Source: a virus
Lineage: Duplodnaviria; Caudoviricetes
Length of the DNA stretch: 51,034 bases
Reading direction: 5' to 3' (one strand)
IMG/VR virus record: IMGVR_UViG_3300021432_000012
Location: 1-51,034 of that record
In this document: positions 7,313 through 15,460 of the stretch, piece by piece
How positions within the stretch are numbered: position 1 is the stretch's first letter
Layout of the letters: each line of letters begins with the position of its first letter
The notes under the pieces: generated by a model
Databases searched by the model: none
What the model was told of the DNA's origin: nothing
What the model saw: the letters and a program-made list of their open reading frames with translations, nothing else
Program-made: the position numbers and the translations under genes

Positions 7313-8228
7313 TAAAAATTATCCTACTATCGAAGCGGCTCTTGGGAAATGGCATGATATTTTAATTACCCTTGGCGTAGATCAGAAGTTTTTAACGGGA
7401 CGACATACGTCATGTCCTCTATGTGGTGGGATAGATCGGTTTAGGTTCGATAATAAAGATGGAAGTGGTTCATTTTATTGCTCTCAGTGCGGGCCTGGTT
7501 TTGGAATGCAATTTTTGATGCGCCTTTATGGGTGGAGATTTTCAAATGCCGCTAAGGAAGTTGATAAGATCGTCGGTAGAATGAAAATAGGTTCTTTCGC
7601 CTCACAAAAAACAGAGCAAGAAAAAATTGCGGCAATAAAAAAAGTTTTGAAAGAATGTCGAAGAGTAGTGCATGGTGATCCTGTATGGACATACCTTAAT
7701 CGAAGAACTGGAATACAGGAAATACCTTCAGACATCAGATATCATCCTCGTTTATATCATTCTGAAGGTGAGCGTCACCCCGCAATGGTTTCAATATTGC
7801 GCGATCAATACGGAAGAGGAAGCACTTTACATCGAACATACTTGACTTTTTCTGGAGAGAAGGCGAATGTTCAGATAGTGAAAAAATTTATGGCTGGACT
7901 CTGTTTAAATGGTTCGGCAGTTAGACTATCTCTCGTTTCTGATGAAATTGGGATAGCGGAAGGAATTGAAACCAGTATTGCAGCTTCATTGCAATTTAAT
8001 ATTCCGGTTTGGGCTGCAACAAATTCTGTTTTATTGGAGCGATGGGAAGTTCCAGAAGGCGTAAAAAGAATAGTCATATTTGGAGATAATGACAGAAATT
8101 TTACAGGCCAGTCTGCGTCATATAATCTAGCTAGAAGATTGACGTTAAAAGGATACGATGTCGAAGTAAAAGTTTATCCGGAAATGGACAAGGATTTTGC
8201 CGATGCATGTTTCGAGAGAGTTTCTTAG
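7305..8228 (+). CDS. DNA primase (P4-alpha-type Zn ribbon plus TOPRIM)
   Basis: CPLCGGIDRFRFDNKDGSGSFYCSQC; AEGIET; FGDND; KDFAD. Confidence 0.92.
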   Translation: MADKNYPTIEAALGKWHDILITLGVDQKFLTGRHTSCPLCGGIDRFRFDNKDGSGSFYCSQCGPGFGMQFLMRLYGWRFSNAAKEVDKIVGRMKIGSFASQKTEQEKIAAIKKVLKECRRVVHGDPVWTYLNRRTGIQEIPSDIRYHPRLYHSEGERHPAMVSILRDQYGRGSTLHRTYLTFSGEKANVQIVKKFMAGLCLNGSAVRLSLVSDEIGIAEGIETSIAASLQFNIPVWAATNSVLLERWEVPEGVKRIVIFGDNDRNFTGQSASYNLARRLTLKGYDVEVKVYPEMDKDFADACFERVS

Positions 8229-8451
8229 AGAGTTCGCCTATTTGGCTAACTTATACAAATGGACGCCATCCGACATTGAAGAAATAAAACAGGCTACTAG
8301 AATTAGCCACGATTTAAAAAAATATTGGGAAATTTTAGCTAAGGCGCATCATGCGGGGTATGAGCAAACCGAGAACAACTGTCATATTCGCTTATACGAT
8401 TGGTGCATAGAGAATGGCAGAATGGACTTATGGAATGGGATAGAAAAATGA
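8197..8451 (+). CDS. Hypothetical protein
   Basis: ORF overlapping the primase end. Confidence 0.55.
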   Translation: MPMHVSREFLREFAYLANLYKWTPSDIEEIKQATRISHDLKKYWEILAKAHHAGYEQTENNCHIRLYDWCIENGRMDLWNGIEK

Positions 8452-8771
8452 AAATTGGAGATTTGAAGCGGCATTATTTGGCACTCATTGCTGACGGTAA
8501 AAATAGTGGCTCGCTAAAACTAATGGAATCTGATGAGGGATTTCTTGTGATCTTTAAAGATGTCCAAGCATTAGACGCTGCCAACAAGAAGCGAGAATCA
8601 GAATTGGAAGCAATAAACGCTCGATTATTAGAATCATTGTATCTGGCGTTGCCTTTCGTAGAAGATCATTTGGGAAGCGAATTGTATAAAGTAGGCATAC
8701 CTAAAAATGCGTGTGAAAAAATACGCAATGCTATTGCTGCCGCAGAGAATAAGGAGAAAATGAAATGCTGA
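8448..8771 (+). CDS. Hypothetical protein
   Basis: ATGA-coupled; LLESL...IRNAIAAAE phage-type tail. Confidence 0.6.
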   Translation: MKIGDLKRHYLALIADGKNSGSLKLMESDEGFLVIFKDVQALDAANKKRESELEAINARLLESLYLALPFVEDHLGSELYKVGIPKNACEKIRNAIAAAENKEKMKC

Positions 8772-8937
8772 TTATGAATGAGGAACAAATGTCTGAGGTA
8801 CATGACTATATCAAAGATAATTTGCGTATTAATGTGAAGACAACAAGAAAATATACCGGTGGCGACCCTCTTTATGCGGATGTCCACACTCTTCAACTTG
8901 TTTTGTGCGATGAAATTATCAGTGAGGATTCGATATC

Positions 8938-9309
8938 ATGACCAAACTAACCGAATACCAGCAAACGAAGTTTGATGAAGCGATGTTGCTTCTTCGCCTG
9001 CTCACAGATGCCGTTTCAGAGGGATGGGGAGAGCAAGAAGAAATGGATTGTAAGGAATTTCTCACGCAACTATGTGCGCAGATTGGGAAACAGAATCGAA
9101 CCTTTGTAAAACTTTCCGCCAAAGAACTTGCCGATCCTGAATACATTCAGTCCTACATAGACGAAATGTGGGAAGACATACAGATGTTCTATGCCGAGCG
9201 CGACCAACTGAAGGAAGAGAACGAGAGGCTGAAGCAGTGCACATGCCCGAAGAAAGAAATTCTCGCCAATGCGATTGTCCGCGCCTACAAAGAATTTTCG
9301 GAGGAATAA
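8938..9309 (+). CDS. Hypothetical protein, coiled-coil C-terminus
   Basis: GAGG RBS; AERDQLKEENERLK. Confidence 0.65.
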   Translation: MTKLTEYQQTKFDEAMLLLRLLTDAVSEGWGEQEEMDCKEFLTQLCAQIGKQNRTFVKLSAKELADPEYIQSYIDEMWEDIQMFYAERDQLKEENERLKQCTCPKKEILANAIVRAYKEFSEE

Positions 9310-9312
9310 GAT

Positions 9313-9861
9313 ATGGATGAATATAAACAATTATCTTGCCCGTTCTACGGCAGTGAAAATATCAGCTCAGGTGAAATACTATTTACAGATATTGCAGGCG
9401 AATCAGTAACGCAGTCCATGTGTGAAGATTTCGGCGCTCTCGGACCAGGCGCTTGTCTTGCTACTGATGAGGTTGATTATGGCGACGTGAAGGCGATAGC
9501 GGCATGGAATCGGCGCGCCCCATCCATTCCACAACCTCAATCACTGCTGAGTGATGAGGAAATAAAAGACGTTATGTGCAAAACTACATTGCGCGGCTTT
9601 GTATCTTCTTTTGATATGGTTACAATCGCTCGCGCTATCGAATCCAAAGTCCGCCAGCAAGACGAAGAGGTGCGTAGGGATGCAGAAAGGCTTATGTTTT
9701 CTTTTGAAGCCGACGGATTTGGTTGCATAGAAAAAGATAAATATGATTTTGCTATTGAAGTTGCTGCTGAAAACATGCGTGAAGTGCCAACTAAAGAAGA
9801 CGAATTAAACGGCGTTCGCAGATTGATTGATGCTGCGATCGCAAAAATAAAAGGAGAATAG
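9313..9861 (+). CDS. Lar (restriction alleviation)-like N-terminal domain with degenerate Zn knuckles, fused to other phage modules
   Basis: CPFYGS...CEDFGALGP...AIAAWNRRA. Confidence 0.65.
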   Translation: MDEYKQLSCPFYGSENISSGEILFTDIAGESVTQSMCEDFGALGPGACLATDEVDYGDVKAIAAWNRRAPSIPQPQSLLSDEEIKDVMCKTTLRGFVSSFDMVTIARAIESKVRQQDEEVRRDAERLMFSFEADGFGCIEKDKYDFAIEVAAENMREVPTKEDELNGVRRLIDAAIAKIKGE

Positions 9862-10024
9862 AAAATGAAATTTCAGAAACCACTACCAATCGAAGCAACT
9901 GAAACGCCAATCGAAAAACCGCGCAAGGAATACAAACTACCGCAGGCCATGCTAGATCAACTCAAGCGCTGCGAGGAACTGTATCCTGAGCATACGCATA
10001 TCAGGACAGTAGGGGAGAATAATA

Positions 10025-10477
10025 ATGGATAGTTCTGACAGTTACATGTCTTACTCACAAATGGAAGCATTAGCTTTTCAACAGAAACAGAGAGAATACA
10101 CACAAGAAAATACCGCAAACGTTGGTTTGCAAGACAAATTTTCTACATTAATTAATAAACAATCACCATTAAAGGTAGTGCCGCACAGATGGGCCAAGGA
10201 AATGCATGCATTCGCAGATGGGCATGAAATTGAGCAAAAATATGTAGCACAATTAGCAGAATCTATTTGGACTCCATCTCCTTCTCCAAATTTCTGTAAC
10301 TCTAGTTTTCATTTCCGCATAAAACCTGAGCCTGTTTATCCAGTTTCAAGAATGACTGTTGGTGAAATGTGTGAAGCTGCTGGGATTATGTTCAGTAGCT
10401 TCCACCCTGGACTTGCCGTCTTGTGTCAAACAGCCATCCGTCGTGCCATTGAAGACGGAGATGTAAAACTACCATGA
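10025..10477 (+). CDS. Conserved phage hypothetical protein
   Basis: PHRWAKEMHAFADGHEIE...W...P.F...FRIKPEP motif. Confidence 0.7.
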   Translation: MDSSDSYMSYSQMEALAFQQKQREYTQENTANVGLQDKFSTLINKQSPLKVVPHRWAKEMHAFADGHEIEQKYVAQLAESIWTPSPSPNFCNSSFHFRIKPEPVYPVSRMTVGEMCEAAGIMFSSFHPGLAVLCQTAIRRAIEDGDVKLP

Positions 10478-10671
10478 GTAAAGTAGAAACAGCAATTTCC
10501 AATCTTGCCGATGGATTTTGTAAGATAGGCCAAGGCAAAGAGCAGCGCGATCTATACGTTAAGGCACTTGAAAGCCTAATAAGGATGGCGATATCTGAGC
10601 ATGATCTTGCGTGTGACTTAGACTATGCTAGGTGCATGGGAATAGTAAAAGGAAATGGTGAGGAGTCTTGA
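10474..10671 (+). CDS. Hypothetical protein
   Basis: ATGA-coupled, GGAG RBS. Confidence 0.6.
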   Translation: MSKVETAISNLADGFCKIGQGKEQRDLYVKALESLIRMAISEHDLACDLDYARCMGIVKGNGEES

Positions 10672-10954
10672 AGCCACGAGTAAAAATATTCAGACCGACT
10701 GGCATCATCATCCTTTGGCGTTGCGAATGCGAAAATACTTATGGCATTGGAATTTCAGTAATGGGAGCATATCGGACATGGAAAATAAAGCGAAAATTAA
10801 TCTCAAATACGAATGTTTGAACTTGCCAAAGACGCCGGAAAGGGTGAAAATACTTTCTGAAACGCAGCAAAAGTACCAAAGACAGAAACGCACAATTGAT
10901 TCGATGTCTCAGGTTAAACTAGGATGGGGATCGAATAAAAAAGGATTGGCCTGA
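10655..10954 (+). CDS. Hypothetical protein
   Basis: ORF with AAGGA RBS. Confidence 0.5.
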   Translation: MVRSLEATSKNIQTDWHHHPLALRMRKYLWHWNFSNGSISDMENKAKINLKYECLNLPKTPERVKILSETQQKYQRQKRTIDSMSQVKLGWGSNKKGLA

Positions 10955-11179
10955 GGCTGGCACTTAATGCGAAGTTAGGCGCATGGAAGATGGCAATCTT
11001 CCCTTTGATAAAGGATGGTACTGCATTCTTACCTAATATCAGTAGACGCAGGCAAGACCTATGCTCTTGAGCCTATAAGTTCCAGTCTGAACGCGTAAAT
11101 GACATCTACGTGCAATTCGTAGTCCTTCAGGTGAGCAAGCTAAGCGCTACAGATTAGCCAAGGCGGTGAAGCCGCTAAT

Positions 11180-11253
11180 GCAGCTAAGTACAAGGTGTGC
11201 CGCATGCCCTCCAAGCATCGCAGATCAGGGTTCGACTCCCTATAGCTGCTCCA
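11180..11253 (+). tRNA. tRNA-Gly(TCC), atypical or possibly pseudo
   Basis: Acceptor GCAGCTA/TAGCTGC, discriminator T, encoded CCA, T-loop TTCGACT, anticodon loop CC-TCC-AA. Confidence 0.8.
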
Positions 11254-11270
11254 AATTCAGGAGGACTATC

Positions 11271-11426
11271 GTGTATGCAGAAAACAGCGAAATTCTCTAC
11301 AACGCAGAGCATTTATCAGCGGATGACGAGCTTTCCACTGAAACGATAGTCGGTTATATCGCAGTGAAATTCGGTATGACGACTGCGCAAGTCTTCCAAG
11401 CAATAGAAAAGGAATGCTCAAAATGA
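11271..11426 (+). CDS. Hypothetical protein
   Basis: Strong AGGAGG RBS before GTG 11271. Confidence 0.55.
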   Translation: MYAENSEILYNAEHLSADDELSTETIVGYIAVKFGMTTAQVFQAIEKECSK

Positions 11427-11626
11427 ATGATGCCAGATTCAGAGCATTGCCTTTTGGCACTGTCGCGGAAAAGATGGAGACATACGATTTGGTTGTTTAT
11501 CCTCAAAAACTTACAGACGCCGGATATGCGCAGAAATATCCAGGCTTCATTGATCTTGGAGCGATTGCAATTCTTCAAGATGCGCCAATTATTGCTTTTG
11601 ACCATATAAAAGAAATACTATCGTAA
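11423..11626 (+). CDS. Hypothetical protein
   Basis: ATGA-coupled, RBS present. Confidence 0.55.
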   Translation: MNDARFRALPFGTVAEKMETYDLVVYPQKLTDAGYAQKYPGFIDLGAIAILQDAPIIAFDHIKEILS

Positions 11627-11692
11627 TAAAGTTTTTGATAAAGATTTTGATATTGTGCTATTCTGTAATAGTTTTTAACAAAGGTGAAAATC

Positions 11693-11776
11693 ATGAATAA
11701 AATCTTCCAAGCTGGCAATGGCAGCCCTCCACCTCCTCCAACAAAAGCCCCAATCAAGAGACCTGGTAAAAAATGA
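11693..11776 (+). CDS. 27-aa Pro/Lys-rich peptide
   Basis: AAGGTG RBS; MNKIFQAGNGSPPPPPTKAPIKRPGKK*; stop overlaps the next ATG. Confidence 0.65.
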   Translation: MNKIFQAGNGSPPPPPTKAPIKRPGKK

Positions 11777-12171
11777 CTCTCAATGCCATTTTATTTTGTG
11801 TCGCTCTATGGGCTAATCGGAGTGATGCAAAATCGCTTGTGCTGACATTGATTGTCTCTTCCGGGGTCTTTGTGCCGGTGCCTTGGTATCCGGCCCCGGA
11901 AGATTGGTTTATCCGCTGTATCCTCGTGGAATTGATCGTTCTATCATGCGCTTTGATGCTCGCTGTAAAAGCGACACGAGTCATTGTGTGGTTAAGTATT
12001 ATGCTGGTAGTCGCCCACATGATAGGATGGTATGCTTGGTATCAGTCGGAAGTCTCGGAATATCGTTTTATTGCTCGGATGCTAGAGTCAGCAGAATTGC
12101 TGAGTTGCATTCTTTTCTCGACCATCATTCTTAGCAAATTACAATCATGGACCAGCCGTCTAATACGATAA
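11773..12171 (+). CDS. Multi-pass membrane protein
   Basis: About 4-5 hydrophobic segments. Confidence 0.8.
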   Translation: MTLNAILFCVALWANRSDAKSLVLTLIVSSGVFVPVPWYPAPEDWFIRCILVELIVLSCALMLAVKATRVIVWLSIMLVVAHMIGWYAWYQSEVSEYRFIARMLESAELLSCILFSTIILSKLQSWTSRLIR

Positions 12172-12515
12172 CTTTGTGGTTATGGGGTTTAGGTCTTATG
12201 TTTGGTCTGATTTCCGCGCTCCTGTCGTACCTTTGGAAAGGTCATGATGACCGCCTAAAAACGCATCAGGACGCCTTGGAAAAAAAGGCTAACCTAACCC
12301 AGCAGCAAGAAGTTGAACAACGCCTAAGCGCTGAAATGGACAGGATTCGCAACGAAAATATACGACTCGAAGATAGACAAATCAGAGAAGTAGAAGGGTT
12401 GAAACAGAATATCAACGGCCTGGCCGCCAGGTTAGGCGAAGCGATAGAACAATCAGAGCGTCGCCAATCTGATAAACTAGATATTATCCTAGACGTTTTG
12501 CGTAAAGGTGATTGA
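12147..12515 (+). CDS. Single-TM coiled-coil protein (holin/antiholin-like architecture)
   Basis: N-terminal TM, then a coiled coil ending DKLDIIL. Confidence 0.65.
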   Translation: MDQPSNTITLWLWGLGLMFGLISALLSYLWKGHDDRLKTHQDALEKKANLTQQQEVEQRLSAEMDRIRNENIRLEDRQIREVEGLKQNINGLAARLGEAIEQSERRQSDKLDIILDVLRKGD

Positions 12516-12532
12516 TTTTTAAGGGGAACGAA

Positions 12533-12757
12533 ATGAGCTTACAAGATATTAAGGCCGCTGCCGAAACCGAAGTATTGATGGCCGAAGATGTTCTGGCCCA
12601 CGCAAAAGCCAAATTTCAAGCTGCTATTGATGCAATTGACGCAGCTGCTCCACATTTGAGCCTATGGGCAGAAGTAGAAGCCGCGGCCCAGAAATATGGT
12701 GCCGAGGCATCCCAAGAGTTCCAATCGCTTGCCCAGCGCGCTCGCGCCCTGTTCTAA
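12533..12757 (+). CDS. Ala-rich hypothetical protein
   Basis: AGGGG RBS. Confidence 0.65.
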   Translation: MSLQDIKAAAETEVLMAEDVLAHAKAKFQAAIDAIDAAAPHLSLWAEVEAAAQKYGAEASQEFQSLAQRARALF

Positions 12758-12759
12758 GC

Positions 12760-13107
12760 ATGATATCCAACAAAGATATCTGGAAAGCCGCCAGCATTGC
12801 GGCTGCATCTGAATCGACCAATTCGGATTTTGTAACTTATCAACTTGATGAGCTTCTGAAACGACGGTCAGACGAAGAAATACAGCAATTGAAAAATTTC
12901 GTCCGCGACATCATTGATGTTTATCAAGATGTAAGAGACAAAGAGCCGACCGACGGAAATCTTTCAGAGCGATGGCTGGAAATGATGCGCGATCTTTACG
13001 TACCCCAGGATGATATAAGCGAAATAGCAGAAATTATTGAATCCATAGACCAAGTAGCCCCAGAGATAAAGAAGGCAGCATGCGGTAAATCAAGAAAAGT
13101 CGCTTAA
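12760..13107 (+). CDS. Hypothetical acidic protein
   Basis: ORF starts directly after the previous stop. Confidence 0.55.
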   Translation: MISNKDIWKAASIAAASESTNSDFVTYQLDELLKRRSDEEIQQLKNFVRDIIDVYQDVRDKEPTDGNLSERWLEMMRDLYVPQDDISEIAEIIESIDQVAPEIKKAACGKSRKVA

Positions 13108-13287
13108 GAAGTCACGTGCGTCTTGTTGGGAGCAAAGATAATGGCAAGCCATTCCAACGACAATAGGAATATTTGAGCCATTTACATATCTGGAATAGGT
13201 AGCACGGCTTATCCCTAAAGCAGCAGCGGCTTCCTCATAGGTATATCCCATGTCAATTTGCCACTCTCTGAGTTCTTGAGATGTCAT
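13090..13287 (-). CDS. Small XRE-like HTH protein
   Basis: MTSQELREWQIDMGYTYEEAAAALGISRATYSRYVNG. Confidence 0.85.
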   Translation of the reverse strand: MTSQELREWQIDMGYTYEEAAAALGISRATYSRYVNGSNIPIVVGMACHYLCSQQDARDFLSDFS

Positions 13288-13559
13288 TGCACGCCACCAT
13301 TCGGCATGCCTGCCTTCAGCCAATCTTGAAAGCTGCCGAAATGCAGCCGATAGAAAGAAGATGCAAGGTAGTTCCTGAAATCCTGCTTACGGGTAGCGTA
13401 CATTTTATGCCTCTTTCGATTTAGGATATTTGCCGAAAAACAAGAAATAGCATTCTTCAACTGGAATGCCGAGATAAAGACACATTTCCGCGAATCGCCG
13501 ATCACCATAGACTAAGCGCAGGACTGCTGCGAGTTTTTGGCTAGTTTGCATAGGAATGT

Positions 13560-13745
13560 CTATTTTGAAATATACTTCCGGTTGAACTGCTCAAGTTTCT
13601 GATCATAATCAGCACGTTCCTTTTGATTCTCGCGCCGGTCATGTACTCGACGTTCTATGGCGTGAGGAGCATCATGTGTGCGGCGATCTTGGGGGCGTAG
13701 AGATTCTGGGACATGCGCCAATGTGTCTTTCAGCGAATCAAACAT
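13560..13745 (-). CDS. Hypothetical protein, first gene of a leftward mini-operon
   Basis: AAGGAG RBS; DRR repeats. Confidence 0.6.
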   Translation of the reverse strand: MFDSLKDTLAHVPESLRPQDRRTHDAPHAIERRVHDRRENQKERADYDQKLEQFNRKYISK

Positions 13746-13828
13746 GATGTCTCTCCTTTATCTCAAGTTTTTTCGCACGATTCTATAACTACAGTGTAGA
13801 CTCATTTTGAGTTTTTATAAGGACTATT

Positions 13829-13857
13829 TTGATGGATTCCGCTGAATAATGTATAAT
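13829..13857 (+). promoter_or_regulatory. Sigma70-type promoter upstream of the packaging region
   Basis: TTGATG-17 bp-TATAAT. Confidence 0.55.
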
Positions 13858-14072
13858 GATACTCAGATTAAATTCTTTCCAAGTTAGCTTCCTGTGAAAA
13901 CATCTCCTGACTTATCTTTATCTTCTCTTGAAGAATTGGTAACGCAATTTATAAAAGAAGGCGGAAATATGACATTTGTGCCTGAATTGGCGGTATTCTC
14001 CCTTGCGACACTTGGCATAACTATAGAATCAGCCATGCGCGCTTCCAGTTACGCTATCTTGAAGGAGATGCA

Positions 14073-14243
14073 ATGCCATTGATTAAAAGCCCGTCTAAGA
14101 AAGCCTTTTCAACTAATATCGCGACAGAGCGCGATGTTGGCAAGCCGATCAAGCAAGCCATTGCAATTGCCGAAAGCGTTAAGCGCGAATCAATCAAGGA
14201 TTCCCTGAATAAACGGCTATCCGGATTACTCGGTGGAAAGTGA
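14073..14243 (+). CDS. Small basic phage protein (MPL.K..S.K....NI..E...GKP.KQA.AIA family), C-terminus replaced by an insertion
   Basis: AAGGAG RBS. Removing 14215-15420 restores ...DSLNKHWSQGEKKKK* (3' remnant 15421-15452). Confidence 0.75.
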   Translation: MPLIKSPSKKAFSTNIATERDVGKPIKQAIAIAESVKRESIKDSLNKRLSGLLGGK

Positions 14244-14483
14244 CAAATGATGAGTAGTCTCTTCCATGTGGAAACGGGTATTGCACTCAATGCACACGAG
14301 CAGGGCGTTCTCGACCTTGGTATGGTCGCCGTCGGTAAAGGCCCGAAAGTGCGCCAGAACCTCAGCGTCAGCATCCATCTCAGCCGGCGCGAACAGTCCG
14401 TGGCAGCACGCGCAGCGGTAGAGGCTCTTGCTCTCGGCCGCGCGCTGGGCGCGCAGCTGGCGGCCGGCCGAGAGTTTAACAGC
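14226..14483 (-). other. Start-less HNH-like ORF, in frame after the PAPS-reductase UGA
   Basis: AVKLSAGRQLRAQRAAESKSLYRCACCHGLF...VLAHFRAFTDGDHTKVENALLVCIECNTRFH... (translated by hand). Confidence 0.55.
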
Positions 14484-15332
14484 TCAGTCACCGCAAAAGC
14501 ACGAGATGGCTTCTTCATTGTTGTCAAACCCATACATGTCGGATTGGTTCCTAACGAAGTCGTACATACTGCCGTAGCCAGGCCGGTCGATGCGGAACCG
14601 GCAGCCATCCCCATGAGCAACCGCTTCGGCCTGCTTCTCCTGGGTAGCCCACCAGATGCCGCGCTCGGGCTTCTCAGCAATCAGGCTGACCAGGGAAGCG
14701 CCTGTCTTCAGGAAGCACAGGTCGCAGTTGCCGTGAATCGTCTTGCCGCCGTTGTTGGGCAAAGCAAGGTCAAAGGGCTGGGCGCGCCAGAACTCCCCCA
14801 CGCCACCGGCGGTAACGAAGGCATCGGCCAGCGGGATGCGAACGAACTCGTCCGGCGTCTCGGGATGTGGGTTGAATCTGAACTTGGCGACCCGGCGCGG
14901 CTCGTCGGCCCGGATGCCAAGCATCGTTTCCCACTCCTGGATGCCCAGGGACCGAAGGTAGCGGTGAATGGTGCGGGTCTTCAGCTCGGAGGAGCAGTAC
15001 CGGGAGCGAGGATTGGGAAGCACGCCGCCCCGCTGCCGAATAACCGCTTCGAAGGGATCACCGTTCCGGCTCGCCGTTTCGAAAGTGACAACCTCGAACT
15101 GGCCTCCCTCCCGATATTCAAGCCACGTGATGTGCACGCCCCAGTGCAGCGCGATATCTCGAATGAAGCGGAGTGTCGCCTCATCCTCCTTGCCGGTGTT
15201 GCAGAAGATGAGGAATGTGTCATCAGGGACTCCACCGTTGCTCTCGATGACTCGCTTCAGCAGGTAGGCAGAAGTCCGTCCGCCGCTGACGTTGACACAA
15301 GCTGGGCTGGCAATCTTAAAAGGGTCAAACAT
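14484..15332 (-). CDS. Phage PAPS-reductase-family (PP-loop, probable Fe-S) protein
   Basis: SGGRTS, FCNTGKE, RYCSSELK, GIRADEPRR, GNCDLCFLK, CFCGD; GAGG RBS. Confidence 0.92.
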   Translation of the reverse strand: MFDPFKIASPACVNVSGGRTSAYLLKRVIESNGGVPDDTFLIFCNTGKEDEATLRFIRDIALHWGVHITWLEYREGGQFEVVTFETASRNGDPFEAVIRQRGGVLPNPRSRYCSSELKTRTIHRYLRSLGIQEWETMLGIRADEPRRVAKFRFNPHPETPDEFVRIPLADAFVTAGGVGEFWRAQPFDLALPNNGGKTIHGNCDLCFLKTGASLVSLIAEKPERGIWWATQEKQAEAVAHGDGCRFRIDRPGYGSMYDFVRNQSDMYGFDNNEEAISCFCGD

Positions 15333-15460
15333 GATGTCCTCATTTCCACCACTTAATCCGGAATTTAATTATACTGAACAACTATGTTTTCCACCACTTA
15401 TTCCGGAGTGCCGAATAAACATTGGTCACAGGGCGAAAAGAAGAAAAAATAGGATCAATC

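Larger units (their letters stand above)
14215..15412. mobile_element. Non-autonomous mobile insertion cassette, 1198 bp, with no transposase
   Basis: TIRs GGCTATCCGGATTACTCGGTGGAAA (14215-14239) and GGCACTCCGGAATAAGTGGTGGAAA (rc of 15388-15412), 19/25 identical. 8-bp TSD GAATAAAC at 14207-14214 and 15413-15420. Visibly more GC-rich than the flanks. Confidence 0.88.

Noticed and set aside
10960-10985. attC-like GTTAGGC core
   Set aside because: No matching inverse core and hairpin at an appropriate distance, and no integron integrase.
10955-11253. tmRNA
   Set aside because: The 3' T-arm/CCA is fully explained by a compact tRNA-Gly starting at 11180; no tmRNA 5' end or tag peptide was found.
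14247-15356. 369-aa plus-strand ORF and 208-aa minus-strand ORF 14054-14680
   Set aside because: Antisense or alternative-frame shadows of the GC-rich cassette, with no recognisable motifs. Neither looks like a transposase.
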